From: Escherichia phage BEU5
Length of the DNA stretch: 64,000 nt
Direction: 5' to 3' (one strand)
Sequence record: OM632664.1
In this document: in pieces, positions 29,565 to 50,072 of the stretch
Numbering within the stretch: the stretch's first letter is position 1
Layout of the letters: every line of letters starts with the position of its first letter
The notes under the pieces: generated by a model
What the model was told of the DNA's origin: nothing
Database searches by the model: none
The model's input: the letters and a program-made list of their open reading frames with translations, nothing else
Translations under genes and position numbers: made by a program

Positions 29565-30191
29565 TTATTGAGAGTCTACGCTACCAGCAGCAATCTGAGC
29601 AGCAGCCAGAGTTTGTAATTCTTCCTTAGTCAGTGGAGGCAGAACTTCAATGGCAAACTCACGTACCCATGCAGACGTAATATTAGGCTGACCATTCTTA
29701 CCTTTGGTAACTCGAATGTTCAGGAACTTACGTTCTTTGAGGAAATTATAAATACAGTAAGGGATGTGATAGCCCTCATCAGTAGCTTCACCAAATGGAA
29801 CGAATTTACGAACAGTACCAATATATTCGTTAGCTACTGTAATAATCTCACCAGGCAGGTCTTTCTTCTTAGGGTCAAGGTTCTGAATACGTACTCGAAC
29901 CAGCTTTAATTGTTCTAAGCGTTGCTGGTGACGTAAAGAAGTTGCCGTAGTTACTGTACCTGTAGACAGAGCCAGAGGATTAGGCTGAGGTTCTACTGGT
30001 TCCTGAGCTTTATTTTCCTGTGCTGCTTCAATCTTCTTACGAAGAGTTTCAGCACTAATATTATTTGAGTATGAAATACCCATCATATTAGCTCGTTGTT
30101 TCAGCAGAGAAAGTTCATCAACCTTAACTTCATCAACGGTGTCATCGTTGCCCTGAGTTAAATCAGCGGTCGGTTTATCGTTAATGCTCAT
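29565..30191 (-). CDS. hypothetical late protein (N4 gp55 position)
   Basis: 208-aa ORF. Confidence 0.5.
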   Translation of the reverse strand: MSINDKPTADLTQGNDDTVDEVKVDELSLLKQRANMMGISYSNNISAETLRKKIEAAQENKAQEPVEPQPNPLALSTGTVTTATSLRHQQRLEQLKLVRVRIQNLDPKKKDLPGEIITVANEYIGTVRKFVPFGEATDEGYHIPYCIYNFLKERKFLNIRVTKGKNGQPNITSAWVREFAIEVLPPLTKEELQTLAAAQIAAGSVDSQ

Positions 30192-30207
30192 GTGTATATA
30201 TCCTATT

Positions 30208-30236
30208 CATAAAGTAAGGGGAGGTTTCCCTCCCCC
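30208..30236 (-). terminator. terminator downstream of major capsid gene
   Basis: Stem GGGGAGG/CCTCCCC with loop TTTC; T-rich on the minus strand. Confidence 0.55.
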
Positions 30237-30253
30237 TGATGTTAGCCCAACTA

Positions 30254-31459
30254 TTACAGCGGAGCTACAGTTTTAATAAGAGCCAGACGTTCTGGACGTT
30301 TAACCAGAATACCGTAGTACCATTTGATGCTGGAGAAACCAGTTTCACCATATGGGTCATTACGGTCAGCAGTTTCTTTACCAGGCATCTTAGTCATAAC
30401 GGTAAATTTAAGTGACTTACCATCAGTCTGGAAGCCAATAGAGGTAAAGGAATCATCACCTACTACCAGCATTGGGTAAACGTCATAGTGCTCCTGACCA
30501 GATACCATAGAGGTACGGTAACCAGGGTTAGCTCCAGTAGCCTGTGCACCAGCACCTGCCCAGTGCAGCATCTCCGGAACCTGAATGATACGGAACTTAT
30601 CAATAGAACCGACTTCACCATTCATGATAGTACCTGCATCAGCATAGTGCTGAGTTTCGATAAAGGCTTTATTACCGAACAAGTCTCTCATTGCTTTCAG
30701 TTCTGGAACCAGTTCAGAACCTACATACATAACACGAGTAGCACCGATGACTTTAGTATCAATCATACGGGAACCAGTGATGATGGTAGTCTGAGTAGGA
30801 GTACGGTTCTCTGTCAGAATCTGGTCAAGACGCATCAGGTTCTTATAAGAAACGATAGACGGAGTAGAACCTTCACCAGTGATGGTGGCATCAGAAGTAG
30901 CAGCACCAGCATACAGAACAGTACCAGCAGCAGCCAGCAAGTCTTTTTGCAGTACAGCTTCAGTAATCTGAGTAGCACCATTCATCAGTTCACGGGACAG
31001 GTGTTCCATCAGGCCATCGTCAGAATCGAAATCAATAGATTCCTGAGTGAACTCATAGAAGAAGCCAAACTTGTGAATAGAACCTTCACGAGCAATACGA
31101 GTAAAACCAACACGGTTAACTCGACCGCCGTTTTCAGTCAGTAGAGGCAATTTGGAAGTAATGTTACCGATGTCTTTGCTGGAACCATACAGGTTACCGT
31201 TAACGATGGTAGCACCACTTGCATCAATACCCTGGTCATTGATGTTACGGTCATCCAGCAGAGGAACATATTCATATACCTTGATGGTCTTACCGTAATG
31301 CTTCGGCATGTTAGTTACAGAGGCCAGTGGCATGAAGTACTGCTCTTTACGGGCAGTGATGATTGCTTTCTTCAGCCAGAAGAAGGTTTGCATCTGGTCA
31401 GAGTTAGCACCATCAATACTAGATTTCTGACCGTCAGTAGGAGCGTTATAGTTCAACAT
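30254..31459 (-). CDS. major capsid protein (by position and size; N4 gp56-like)
   Basis: 401 aa; followed by a strong hairpin; sits between scaffold-like acidic protein and portal as in N4. Confidence 0.5.
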   Translation of the reverse strand: MLNYNAPTDGQKSSIDGANSDQMQTFFWLKKAIITARKEQYFMPLASVTNMPKHYGKTIKVYEYVPLLDDRNINDQGIDASGATIVNGNLYGSSKDIGNITSKLPLLTENGGRVNRVGFTRIAREGSIHKFGFFYEFTQESIDFDSDDGLMEHLSRELMNGATQITEAVLQKDLLAAAGTVLYAGAATSDATITGEGSTPSIVSYKNLMRLDQILTENRTPTQTTIITGSRMIDTKVIGATRVMYVGSELVPELKAMRDLFGNKAFIETQHYADAGTIMNGEVGSIDKFRIIQVPEMLHWAGAGAQATGANPGYRTSMVSGQEHYDVYPMLVVGDDSFTSIGFQTDGKSLKFTVMTKMPGKETADRNDPYGETGFSSIKWYYGILVKRPERLALIKTVAPL

Positions 31460-31470
31460 GTCTCAATTCC

Positions 31471-32688
31471 TTATAGGCCGTTCAGCCGAGGTAGTTTCAT
31501 AAAGTCCTCGTCACTCATTGCAAGAGGATTAACAAGGACTTCTGTCTTACGCGGTGTAACCCGTGATGGGGATGCCGCTGCTGCCTGTTGAGTATTAGTG
31601 ATTTCAGACTTAGGAGTTGCAACACGAGTTGCTACTGGCTGAACCACTGGTTTAGGTTGTTCAACAGGTTTCTGCTTAATCAAATCATTAAAACCACCAT
31701 TAGCAGCAAGGTAGTTACCGACTTGATTATAAGCATCCAGGAATGCTGTACCGATTGGGATTTGGCCTAAGATTTTGAGTCGTTCAATTTCAGAAACAAT
31801 ACGGTCGTAAATACCGTTAGCTTTCTGTTCAACGATGGTATTAACCAGACCACGATTTTCCAGCAATGCCTGTTTGCTGTGGTCATCCCACGTAGTCGAA
31901 ATTAACTGAAGAGTAGCTTGTCCTTCTGGAGTGGATTTAGCATCTTCCAGTTCGGTTGCAAATGCTGCTTCAGCATCTGACACACGGTGATTACCAGCTT
32001 GGTATTTAACTTCCTCTTCCGGATTAATATCCAGAACATCAATACCAGATTCTTTAACCAACTTCTTAATAGCATCAGGATTCCCTTTAACTAAATCGAT
32101 AGCATAAGAGAGTTGCCCTTCATCTAATAATCCGTTGTTTTCTAACATCAGGAGATACTTACGATACGGCTGAATCTCCTGCATTTTACGGGTATAGTTA
32201 GCTCCCATTTGCATCAGGCTAATGACCTCTTCAGGACTTTGAGGAGTAATCATTTTGCCGTTAGCTTTAAACGGAGCCATTATCCGTTCATAACCAGCCT
32301 TATAGTCGAAGTCAGTTTTCTGGTCTGATACCTGCTTGTCTTCTTCTACTTTTGCTTGGCCTTGCTCAGTAGTAGAAGGTGCATTATCAGTAGCAGGCTT
32401 ACTGTTGCTGTCAACCTTATTTGGGTCAACTGTAGCACTATCATTACCAGTTGTGAATGCATCTGAATTGCTTTCTGATTCAGAAGTATTTTCTACTTCA
32501 GTTGGTTCAGTAGTTACTTCTGGTTCATCAGTTTGTTCAACTTCAACAATTGGGTCTGGTTGTGCAGGAGTATTATTTTCTACCGGTTCCGGGTTGTTCT
32601 GAATGCTTGATGGACCAGGCATGTTCAGAATCTCTTCATCCGACATTTTAAAAATGTCGGAAGCTGTTTTTGCAGCTTCCGTAGTCAT
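31471..32688 (-). CDS. acidic protein, possible scaffolding protein
   Basis: 405 aa with very acidic Thr/Glu/Pro-rich N-terminal region. Confidence 0.35.
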   Translation of the reverse strand: MTTEAAKTASDIFKMSDEEILNMPGPSSIQNNPEPVENNTPAQPDPIVEVEQTDEPEVTTEPTEVENTSESESNSDAFTTGNDSATVDPNKVDSNSKPATDNAPSTTEQGQAKVEEDKQVSDQKTDFDYKAGYERIMAPFKANGKMITPQSPEEVISLMQMGANYTRKMQEIQPYRKYLLMLENNGLLDEGQLSYAIDLVKGNPDAIKKLVKESGIDVLDINPEEEVKYQAGNHRVSDAEAAFATELEDAKSTPEGQATLQLISTTWDDHSKQALLENRGLVNTIVEQKANGIYDRIVSEIERLKILGQIPIGTAFLDAYNQVGNYLAANGGFNDLIKQKPVEQPKPVVQPVATRVATPKSEITNTQQAAAASPSRVTPRKTEVLVNPLAMSDEDFMKLPRLNGL

Positions 32689-32713
32689 GGGAGTATCTCC
32701 GAGTTAGGATTAA

Positions 32714-33061
32714 TTAAACTTCTTCAGGTTCACCACGAGCAACATCCAATGCATTCTCAATATCTGATTGGACACCTACCAGTGTTTCTGCTTTCTGAAG
32801 AGTAATTTCCAGATAACGTTTTAAACAACCAGCAGCTTGAGCCATAGCAAGAGCATCAGCACGTTGACGGTCTTCAAGTAATGGGTCACAGGATTCTTGT
32901 ACATAACGAGCACAGTCTACAGTACAGAATTGCTCAAGAATTACTTTACGGAAAAGGGAATTACCCATCAGCTTACGAACATCTTCTGCATAAGCACGAG
33001 CAGCTTTAATACCCTTCAGTTGGTGTTCCAGTCCTTCAATTTCTTTTTCTTTGCTGTACAT
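32714..33061 (-). CDS. hypothetical late protein
   Basis: 115-aa ORF. Confidence 0.5.
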   Translation of the reverse strand: MYSKEKEIEGLEHQLKGIKAARAYAEDVRKLMGNSLFRKVILEQFCTVDCARYVQESCDPLLEDRQRADALAMAQAAGCLKRYLEITLQKAETLVGVQSDIENALDVARGEPEEV

Positions 33062-33063
33062 AA

Positions 33064-35847
<2,784 letters not shown>

Positions 35848-35867
<20 letters not shown>

Positions 35868-36474
35868 TACACCTCTCCAGAGGGACATTACCAATACGGT
35901 TAGCAATCCATCCTGTAGTGTACTCAGGCATATTAAGAGATAAATAGTAGTTTAACTGTTTACCATCCAGAGACTTCAAAATGAGCTTACAGGCTTCTAC
36001 TTTGCCTCGTTTATTCTGAAGGCTCTTATATGCACTTAGAGTTCCAGAACCGACTTTACCATCAACTTGTATTTTAGGGTAGTCTTTGCCATTTCTGGAG
36101 AAAGCATTAAGAGATTCTTGTAACCAACGAGATGGTCTTGCAGGTCCAGTATTAACACCAGCATCTACTAGTTTTTCTGTTACCGCCGGTGATACATCTG
36201 CAAACTTAACAAAGCCAGGCTTCAAGATGTAATCGTTGTAATAAATACTTGATGCCATTTCCTGAGTTAAGTTCTTCATTGAACCATCCCAGTTATACAT
36301 CGACTCTAGTTCTTGCTTATGCTTTTGAGCAACCTGAATAGTTACACCATGATTAGTTTCACCTCCTGGGTCTTTGGGGTCATTAACGTATCCACCCTCA
36401 ACAGCAAATACAGCAGCAATGATTGCTGCAATAACTCCTCCAACACCACCAACTTTCTTCTTACTTATTGCCAC
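35848..36474 (-). CDS. endolysin, GH108-type N-acetylmuramidase with N-terminal signal-anchor (SAR-like)
   Basis: EGGYVNDPKDPGGETNHGVT GH108 motif preceded by hydrophobic GGVGGVIAAIIAAVFAV. Confidence 0.7.
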
Positions 36475-36724
36475 ACCAATCCTCCTTTGGTTTCAAACGA
36501 ACCAGTCGGCAAATAATATTCAGCACAAAGAGTGCTATAGCAATGTTATTGCCATGTGGAATATCTTTGAGGATATGTTGGGGTAATGCAGAGAAAGAAC
36601 TGGATAAGGCATCCACACAAGAGAAGAACAATATTGCTAATGTGCTAATCTGAATAGATGCCCATTTCCAACAACGTTTCCAATTAGGAACCATTTCCAC
36701 ATGTTTGGTTAACTTGCGAACCAT
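36461..36724 (-). CDS. holin-like small membrane protein (2 TM)
   Basis: Internal ATG 36724 with GGGAG RBS; two hydrophobic helices; adjacent to endolysin. Confidence 0.45.
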   Translation of the reverse strand: MVRKLTKHVEMVPNWKRCWKWASIQISTLAILFFSCVDALSSSFSALPQHILKDIPHGNNIAIALFVLNIICRLVRLKPKEDWCGNK

Positions 36725-37041
36725 GCAAAAATCTCCCGTCTGGCAGCAGCCAGTATACCAATAATGATACCTGCTCCAGCCCATACCCATTTACCAAACA
36801 ATCCAGCACCAACAACTTTATGTTTGATGGTAATGAACTCTTCAATAGTAGGGGCAGACTCAGCCAGAGACTTTTCTACATTCTCCAGTCGAGTGTCCAT
36901 CTTATTAATAGACAGTTGAAGGTTACGTACAGCATCATCTAAATCTTGCCGAGATTTAGCATCACGGGCATTATTTTCGAAGAGTGTCTTCATACGTTCC
37001 TCCATTCGAGCTAGGAGCACCTCTACGGATTCATGACTCAT
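36709..37041 (-). CDS. membrane-anchored protein (C-terminal TM), lysis-cassette member
   Basis: 110 aa; coiled-coil N-terminal part plus C-terminal TM. Confidence 0.45.
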   Translation of the reverse strand: MSHESVEVLLARMEERMKTLFENNARDAKSRQDLDDAVRNLQLSINKMDTRLENVEKSLAESAPTIEEFITIKHKVVGAGLFGKWVWAGAGIIIGILAAARREIFAWFAS

Positions 37042-37051
37042 GCTAAATCCT

Positions 37052-37078
37052 TATTGAAAAAGCCGGGTATCCCCGGCT
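37052..37078 (-). terminator. hairpin terminator
   Basis: Stem AGCCGGG/CCCGGCT with loop TATC; T-run on the minus strand. Confidence 0.55.
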
Positions 37079-37144
37079 CTGTTAGTCCTAATGAACAGAG
37101 AGTGTGTTTATACACCCGTCAAATAGTACCGATATTTACTAGTA

Positions 37145-38401
<1,257 letters not shown>

Positions 38402-38430
38402 TTAATACCCCCATTGCTGGGGGTTCCTTG

Positions 38431-45004
<6,574 letters not shown>

Positions 45005-46597
45005 TCACACAATATATGAAGAGAGTGGGTTAACACTTCCAGTATCATCACCATCATCCCACAATGGGTCACCTGATGTATTAACTGGAACCATACCTGC
45101 TTGTGGTTTCCACGGGTTCAGGTAGCCAAGCATTGAAATGGTATCAATACAGTCATCCTTACCTTTAAGACCATTGATAGTGGCTAAACGAATTTGCCCC
45201 ATAAAGAGTGTCATGATTGGGCTATCTTTCATCTCAGCAGGAAAATACATCTTACCAGCTTTGAACCAGGGAACCACGAGGTTAAACCTTGATAGCTTAC
45301 TGGTTACAGGATGAATACCCGGTTGGCCTCCACGACTGGATGCAAAGTTAAAGAACACATTACGGTTAAGCATTTCCTTCTGAAGAAGAGAAATAAAACC
45401 ACCTTGCTGTCCGGTAGTTTCTACACCAACTTGTTGTGGTTGGTATTCCTGAACCAGACGGAATAAGTCATCAAAGTTCTTATCCATAGTTTGACGGCAA
45501 GCAATACCATCTACCCAGAACCAGTCACCGTTAGAACCATATGCCCATACTGATATTACAGAGTAGTCAGATACCTGCTTCTCACTAGTAGCAAAGTCAG
45601 TAGTGATATAAAAGTTATAACAAGAACGTAGACGTAATAGCTGCGTACGGGAATACCATTTAATCTCTGAATCTTGAATCAGACGTTCATCTTCAGAGCT
45701 GATACGTAACATCAATTCCTGATAAAAGGATGCCAGCTTACCTGTCTTCAATGCCATCTGGTATTGGTCATTGATGTAGTCATAGGAGAAACGGTCTTCC
45801 CAAGCACCTTGAAATTCTTCTCGCGTACATGGGAATTTCTCACATACAGGCCATACGTTGACATCCCAAGCACCGGATTCAACTGCTTCAATAAGAATAT
45901 CTTCCTTATTAAAGGGAGTACCATTAAAGATTACCTTACGTCTTGTTGGGTCGAGAGCATGGTTCACACCCTTATATACCGTGTCTTTAATGGCTTCCAT
46001 TGATGTACGTGAGCGAGCATCATCATCACTAACTAAGTCATCCAGTACACACAGAACAGGACGTTTACCAAAAATCTTAGTACCGCGAAGACCCGTCTTA
46101 GCACCAAACATCTTCACACCAAGACGGTGACCTTCAGCATTTACAAACTCAAGGTAGTTATCTGTGAAGGTAGCTTTAGGAATCCATTGTTGCAGGAATG
46201 GTGAATTGTTGTATCGAAACTCAATGTTCTTACGGGCAGACTTAACACCGTTATCCATAGAGTCAGACACATAAATCATTCCTTCTACTTTACCCAAGCT
46301 AGGTAGATGCCCAAACACTGCTAAGAACAAAGTAAAGTATTCCATGAACAGAGTTGTCTTTGCTGCACCACGGAAACATAAGTTAGCAATGTACTGATTC
46401 TTACTGGTTATCTTATCCAGCATTTTTAAGTGAACAGGAGGGGTTTTGTTTGATTCCCCCTCCTTACCATTAACCAGCTTAATAAAGTTAGCAAAGGTCA
46501 GTGCAAACTCGGTTGGTATATACGTAGGGGTATTCAGAACGGAATAGTCCACTTGGTCTAGCCATTCATCCAACTCCTGTTTAATTAGTTCAGACAT
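45005..46597 (-). CDS. terminase large subunit
   Basis: Walker-A-like CFRGAAKTTLF and Walker-B-like VLCVLDDLVSDDD; start placed at ATG 46597 (GAGGA RBS), coupled to the upstream stop. Confidence 0.7.
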   Translation of the reverse strand: MSELIKQELDEWLDQVDYSVLNTPTYIPTEFALTFANFIKLVNGKEGESNKTPPVHLKMLDKITSKNQYIANLCFRGAAKTTLFMEYFTLFLAVFGHLPSLGKVEGMIYVSDSMDNGVKSARKNIEFRYNNSPFLQQWIPKATFTDNYLEFVNAEGHRLGVKMFGAKTGLRGTKIFGKRPVLCVLDDLVSDDDARSRTSMEAIKDTVYKGVNHALDPTRRKVIFNGTPFNKEDILIEAVESGAWDVNVWPVCEKFPCTREEFQGAWEDRFSYDYINDQYQMALKTGKLASFYQELMLRISSEDERLIQDSEIKWYSRTQLLRLRSCYNFYITTDFATSEKQVSDYSVISVWAYGSNGDWFWVDGIACRQTMDKNFDDLFRLVQEYQPQQVGVETTGQQGGFISLLQKEMLNRNVFFNFASSRGGQPGIHPVTSKLSRFNLVVPWFKAGKMYFPAEMKDSPIMTLFMGQIRLATINGLKGKDDCIDTISMLGYLNPWKPQAGMVPVNTSGDPLWDDGDDTGSVNPLSSYIV

Positions 46598-47282
46598 CAA
46601 TAATATCCTCGTCTTCTCGAACCAGTGTGGAACCTGCAATTACTTTAGTAGGTGTACCAGCTTCAATAGCTGCTTTCTGAGCTTCAGCCAACTGGGTTAG
46701 TGTATTCTTGAGTTCAGTCAATCCAGAGTTTTCTCTCAAATCCAGATTGATATTAGTAACAGCATCCTTCGGTTTCTGGAGGTGAGTAAGGATAGAGTTG
46801 GCAGCATCACACTGTACCTTCTCACTGGTAGCATTCTTCATGAGCCATGCCTGATGGTTCAATGCTTCCTGAAACAAATCCTGATTAACAATCCATACTG
46901 GAATCAGTGATTGTTCCATAATGAGGTTTACTAACTTACCTCTATGGTAAGCAGATACATAAGCAGAGATGTCCTTCTCACTGGTTCCTCTTGCTACTAA
47001 TTCAGCTTGTCTGTTGGGGAATGTTTTGAAATAAGCATCTTTGTTACTATACCCCATGTGTTTGTAAGTAACATATTGAACAGCATTAAGATAATCCTGG
47101 GTCTTAAACTTCCCATCCTTCATCACCCCAGCATAAGTCACAAAGTTATTTCTAATTTGCTCTGCTGCTGTCTGGTCTTGGGTCACATTGTTAATCATGT
47201 TTACCAGTTGGTCAGTAACACTGCTTTTAAACTGGGGAGGCAATGCAGAAACAATGTCTTTCTTAGTCAGTAGTGTGCTCAT
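46590..47282 (-). CDS. hypothetical protein, possible small terminase (by position only)
   Basis: 230-aa ORF directly upstream of the large terminase. Confidence 0.35.
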   Translation of the reverse strand: MSTLLTKKDIVSALPPQFKSSVTDQLVNMINNVTQDQTAAEQIRNNFVTYAGVMKDGKFKTQDYLNAVQYVTYKHMGYSNKDAYFKTFPNRQAELVARGTSEKDISAYVSAYHRGKLVNLIMEQSLIPVWIVNQDLFQEALNHQAWLMKNATSEKVQCDAANSILTHLQKPKDAVTNINLDLRENSGLTELKNTLTQLAEAQKAAIEAGTPTKVIAGSTLVREDEDIIDV

Positions 47283-47409
47283 AGTCTTCCTACAAATTAT
47301 CTAGAGTGAAGAGGATTCTTTTCTTGGGGTTAGCACCCCTTGCAGAAACCTATACATAGATTTAGACTTTAGACTTTCTTTAGTCTCCTTACAATAGTAA
47401 GACAGAGAC

Positions 47410-47751
47410 ATGGGGAGCCTATTGCCCAAAGGAACCAGTAACATGAGGCTATTCTATAGTTTTGACGGTAATGACCAATGGAATGAGATAGACTTCAGTA
47501 AAATAGGTGGAGCTATCCCAGTTGGAGGGGCTATACCAGGTGACCATATCTTATGTCACGATGAGGAGTCTTTCCATTACATCTCAGGTATGATGTTAAT
47601 CAATAACGTCACTGGGTTTACTGTCCATAAACCTGCACCAGTACGTGTCATTACCAAGCCTATCGAGGGTCTTGCATTCTTTACAAGAATACCTCAAAGT
47701 ATCTCTATCAAACGACAGCGTGACGCCATCGAGATGACCGTGGTTGCTTGA
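47410..47751 (+). CDS. hypothetical protein
   Basis: 113-aa ORF, first plus-strand gene after the divergent junction. Confidence 0.45.
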   Translation: MGSLLPKGTSNMRLFYSFDGNDQWNEIDFSKIGGAIPVGGAIPGDHILCHDEESFHYISGMMLINNVTGFTVHKPAPVRVITKPIEGLAFFTRIPQSISIKRQRDAIEMTVVA

Positions 47752-47914
47752 TAAGCCATTGCCCGCCCAGGAGTTGGTGGCGGGAAACAGGGAACTGTTT
47801 GAATAACCACTTCAGCTACATTCACCTATCTCCAAGACACCTTTGTTATCTGCCATTGGGTGATGAGTAGTATCAGAGAGAACTGATTTAACAAACACAC
47901 TCGGTATAGGAATT

Positions 47915-47942
47915 GGGAGCCATTTGGCTCCCTTTTTCTTTT
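47915..47942 (+). terminator. rho-independent terminator
   Basis: Stem GGGAGCC/GGCTCCC with loop ATTT, then TTTTTCTTTT. Confidence 0.65.
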
Positions 47943-47961
47943 ATGAACCAAGGAGTTCTAT

Positions 47962-48327
47962 ATGAACATTCGTCCTAATGAAGTCTATGGTATCAACCTA
48001 GAGTACACTACAAACAAACCTGCTCTATTTCACTGTGGTTCCACCAATCTATTCCATGCTATGTGTGGTAATACCAAACCTCTTTACTTACCTGAATCGG
48101 ATGATACCCATGCTCTACTAGGTAACTGGTTCTTAGAAGGTAAAGACATTAGTACCATTCTTCTTGAACCAAGGAAGAAAGTGGCAATACCTACTAATGC
48201 ATGGAATAACGAAGTCATTTACTTCCTGGCACCAAAAGGCTTTGAACCAGTGGTAGAACAGAATCACTTTAATCATGCAGTTACTTTCTACTTCAGAGAG
48301 ACTTCAAAGTTATCTGCTTATAAATAA
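47962..48327 (+). CDS. hypothetical protein
   Basis: 121-aa ORF with AAGGAG RBS. Confidence 0.55.
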   Translation: MNIRPNEVYGINLEYTTNKPALFHCGSTNLFHAMCGNTKPLYLPESDDTHALLGNWFLEGKDISTILLEPRKKVAIPTNAWNNEVIYFLAPKGFEPVVEQNHFNHAVTFYFRETSKLSAYK

Positions 48328-48335
48328 GGAAAGCT

Positions 48336-48473
48336 ATGTGGTATATAACAGTTAAAGGTTTATCCGAACCAGTGATGATAGATAGCCTGGCCTTCATAGA
48401 AGTAGGTCATCCTATTCTTATAGAAGGTAAGTTGTATGAAGTTGTTAGTATTTATAAGAGATAAATAGGAAGT
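48336..48473 (+). CDS. possible small protein (45 aa), not in ORF track
   Basis: ATG preceded by AAGGA; ends TAA at 48471-48473. Confidence 0.25.
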
Positions 48474-48630
48474 CTATTAGATAGATACCCTATAATTTTT
48501 TTCTTAGTGAAAATAGTCATAGTTACTTGTGAGTTTAGTATTTGGTGGGGCTACACCCCTTACACCATAAGCACCCCCCCCGGTCTTTACTAGTGTAGCC
48601 TTAGCCTACCCCACCTTGTACACGTTACAC

Positions 48631-48650
48631 GTTGCTTCGCAACTTATGGA
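48631..48650 (+). promoter_or_regulatory. hairpin promoter candidate (N4 vRNAP early-promoter type)
   Basis: GTTGC-TTC-GCAAC (5-bp stem, 3-nt loop; template-strand loop GAA) followed by TTATGGA; a G lies 11 nt downstream of loop centre. Confidence 0.5.
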
Positions 48651-48694
48651 CATGTTGTCCGTATCTTATCAATCAACTATTGGAGGCTAATACT

Positions 48695-49021
48695 ATGACT
48701 ACTCAGGCTAACGTTCGTATGACTGTAGGAACTCTGTTGGGTACTGTTAATGAAGCAGCAACTACTGTAGCTGATACATTCGGTACTGCTACTAAAGCAG
48801 TAGGTATGCTTAATCGTTATGTAACTAAACAAGCAGATAAACAAATCATTCGTGACAAATTAGAAATGCATGAGTTTACCAATAAACTTATTGAAGAAAC
48901 TGCAATGCAAGAAGCTATTCGTCAGAAACAAATCTTAGACTTCTGCAAAGATGAACAAAACAAAGAATTGTTCTCTAATGCCTATGACCGTCTTAGCAAA
49001 ATCTTAGCAGACTCTAAATAA
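48695..49021 (+). CDS. early protein, hypothetical
   Basis: Start at ATG 48695 (GGAGG RBS) downstream of the hairpin promoter; 108 aa. Confidence 0.55.
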   Translation: MTTQANVRMTVGTLLGTVNEAATTVADTFGTATKAVGMLNRYVTKQADKQIIRDKLEMHEFTNKLIEETAMQEAIRQKQILDFCKDEQNKELFSNAYDRLSKILADSK

Positions 49022-49097
49022 TAACAAACAAATGGAGGCTCCTCGGAGTCTCCTTTTACATAGAACCGATAGTTCAATAACTATCTACTTTAAAGAT

Positions 49098-49119
49098 AAG
49101 AAGCTCCGCTTCTTTTGGA
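49098..49119 (+). promoter_or_regulatory. hairpin promoter candidate (N4 vRNAP early-promoter type)
   Basis: AAGAAGC-TCC-GCTTCTT (7-bp stem, 3-nt loop; template loop GGA) followed by TTGGAT; G at +11 from loop centre. Confidence 0.5.
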
Positions 49120-49225
49120 TGAAGTAATGCATCCAATCCTGTATGAAATCTTAACCTTTTGTCTGGGATTACTTACCGACAAAGTAGTCTCAACTAATCA
49201 AAATCAACTATCTGGAGAGTACAAA

Positions 49226-49612
49226 ATGGCTATCACTACTTTTGCTAAAACCTTTGGTCAGGCTTCTACTAAAACTGAATCCAACAATGGTTCTCGCCCG
49301 AAAGCTCAGTTCTGGATTAACGTTGGCTATGTAGCTAATGAAGGCACTGAAGATGAACGTTTCATCTCTCTGCCTACTGGTATTCCACTGGATACTCAGG
49401 AGCATCTGCCAACCAATTCCTCTAACGAAGACTTCCGTGCAATGCGTTGTGCACAGAACGATTTGTTAGACCAACTGATGGAATTTGCTAAGACTCTGGA
49501 ACCAGGTCAGGAAGGAGTTATCTCACTGCAAGTTCAACTTCGTCGAGTTAAAGAAGAAGCTCCTGCTATCTCAGCAAGTGAGAATAAATATGCTCGTAAA
49601 CTGACTTTCTAA
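49226..49612 (+). CDS. early protein, hypothetical
   Basis: Start at ATG 49226 (GGAGAG RBS); the track start at 49115 would precede the predicted transcription start. Confidence 0.5.
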
Positions 49613-49620
49613 TCTCTATA

Positions 49621-49650
49621 GGACTACCTTCGGGTAGTCCTTTTTAATTT
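49621..49650 (+). terminator. rho-independent terminator
   Basis: Stem GGACTACC/GGTAGTCC with loop TTCG, then TTTTTAATTTT. Confidence 0.75.
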
Positions 49651-49754
49651 TAACTATCTAAATACTAAAGTAGAGATTTTGACCCTTTTCGACGAAGGGA
49701 TACTAAAAAGTAATGGATAGTTTGAGCAGATGTTTTAGAAGAAGGAGTATACAG

Positions 49755-50069
49755 ATGCATCCTCTTATAAAACGATTCCTGATGGACTATCAGGAGTGGT
49801 TAGATAATGGAGCCAGTGAACCTCATTACCTGTTTGATAGGGGTAGTGGACTGTGTGTTCAACTAGGCAAGTATCTTAGAAGACAGCCAATCAGTGAAGA
49901 AACAGTAGATGCTCTGTGTAAGAGCTTTACTCATTTACTTCCTGATAATGATACAAATCTACCATTCAATGTAGATGTTCTCGACTACATGATGGAGTGT
50001 TCTGATGGAAGATGTCATCTGAACCAAAGTCGAATTAATTGGATTAAGAGTCAGTTGGAGAGTAAGTAA
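49755..50069 (+). CDS. hypothetical protein
   Basis: ATG 49755 with AAGGAG RBS; 104 aa. Confidence 0.5.
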   Translation: MHPLIKRFLMDYQEWLDNGASEPHYLFDRGSGLCVQLGKYLRRQPISEETVDALCKSFTHLLPDNDTNLPFNVDVLDYMMECSDGRCHLNQSRINWIKSQLESK

Positions 50070-50072
50070 ATT

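Noticed and set aside
30488-31144. 218-aa plus-strand ORF inside the major capsid gene.
   Set aside because: Antisense shadow ORF within the late operon; Ser/Thr-rich low-complexity translation.
47752-47800. Hairpin CCCGCC...GGCGGG after gene 47410-47751 as a vRNAP promoter.
   Set aside because: Loop is 11 nt and no TTGG start element follows at the right spacing; more likely a weak terminator or stability hairpin.
49681-49700. CCCTTTTCGACGAAGGG palindrome as a fourth hairpin promoter.
   Set aside because: Imperfect stem with 5-nt loop; no G at +11; no conserved downstream element.
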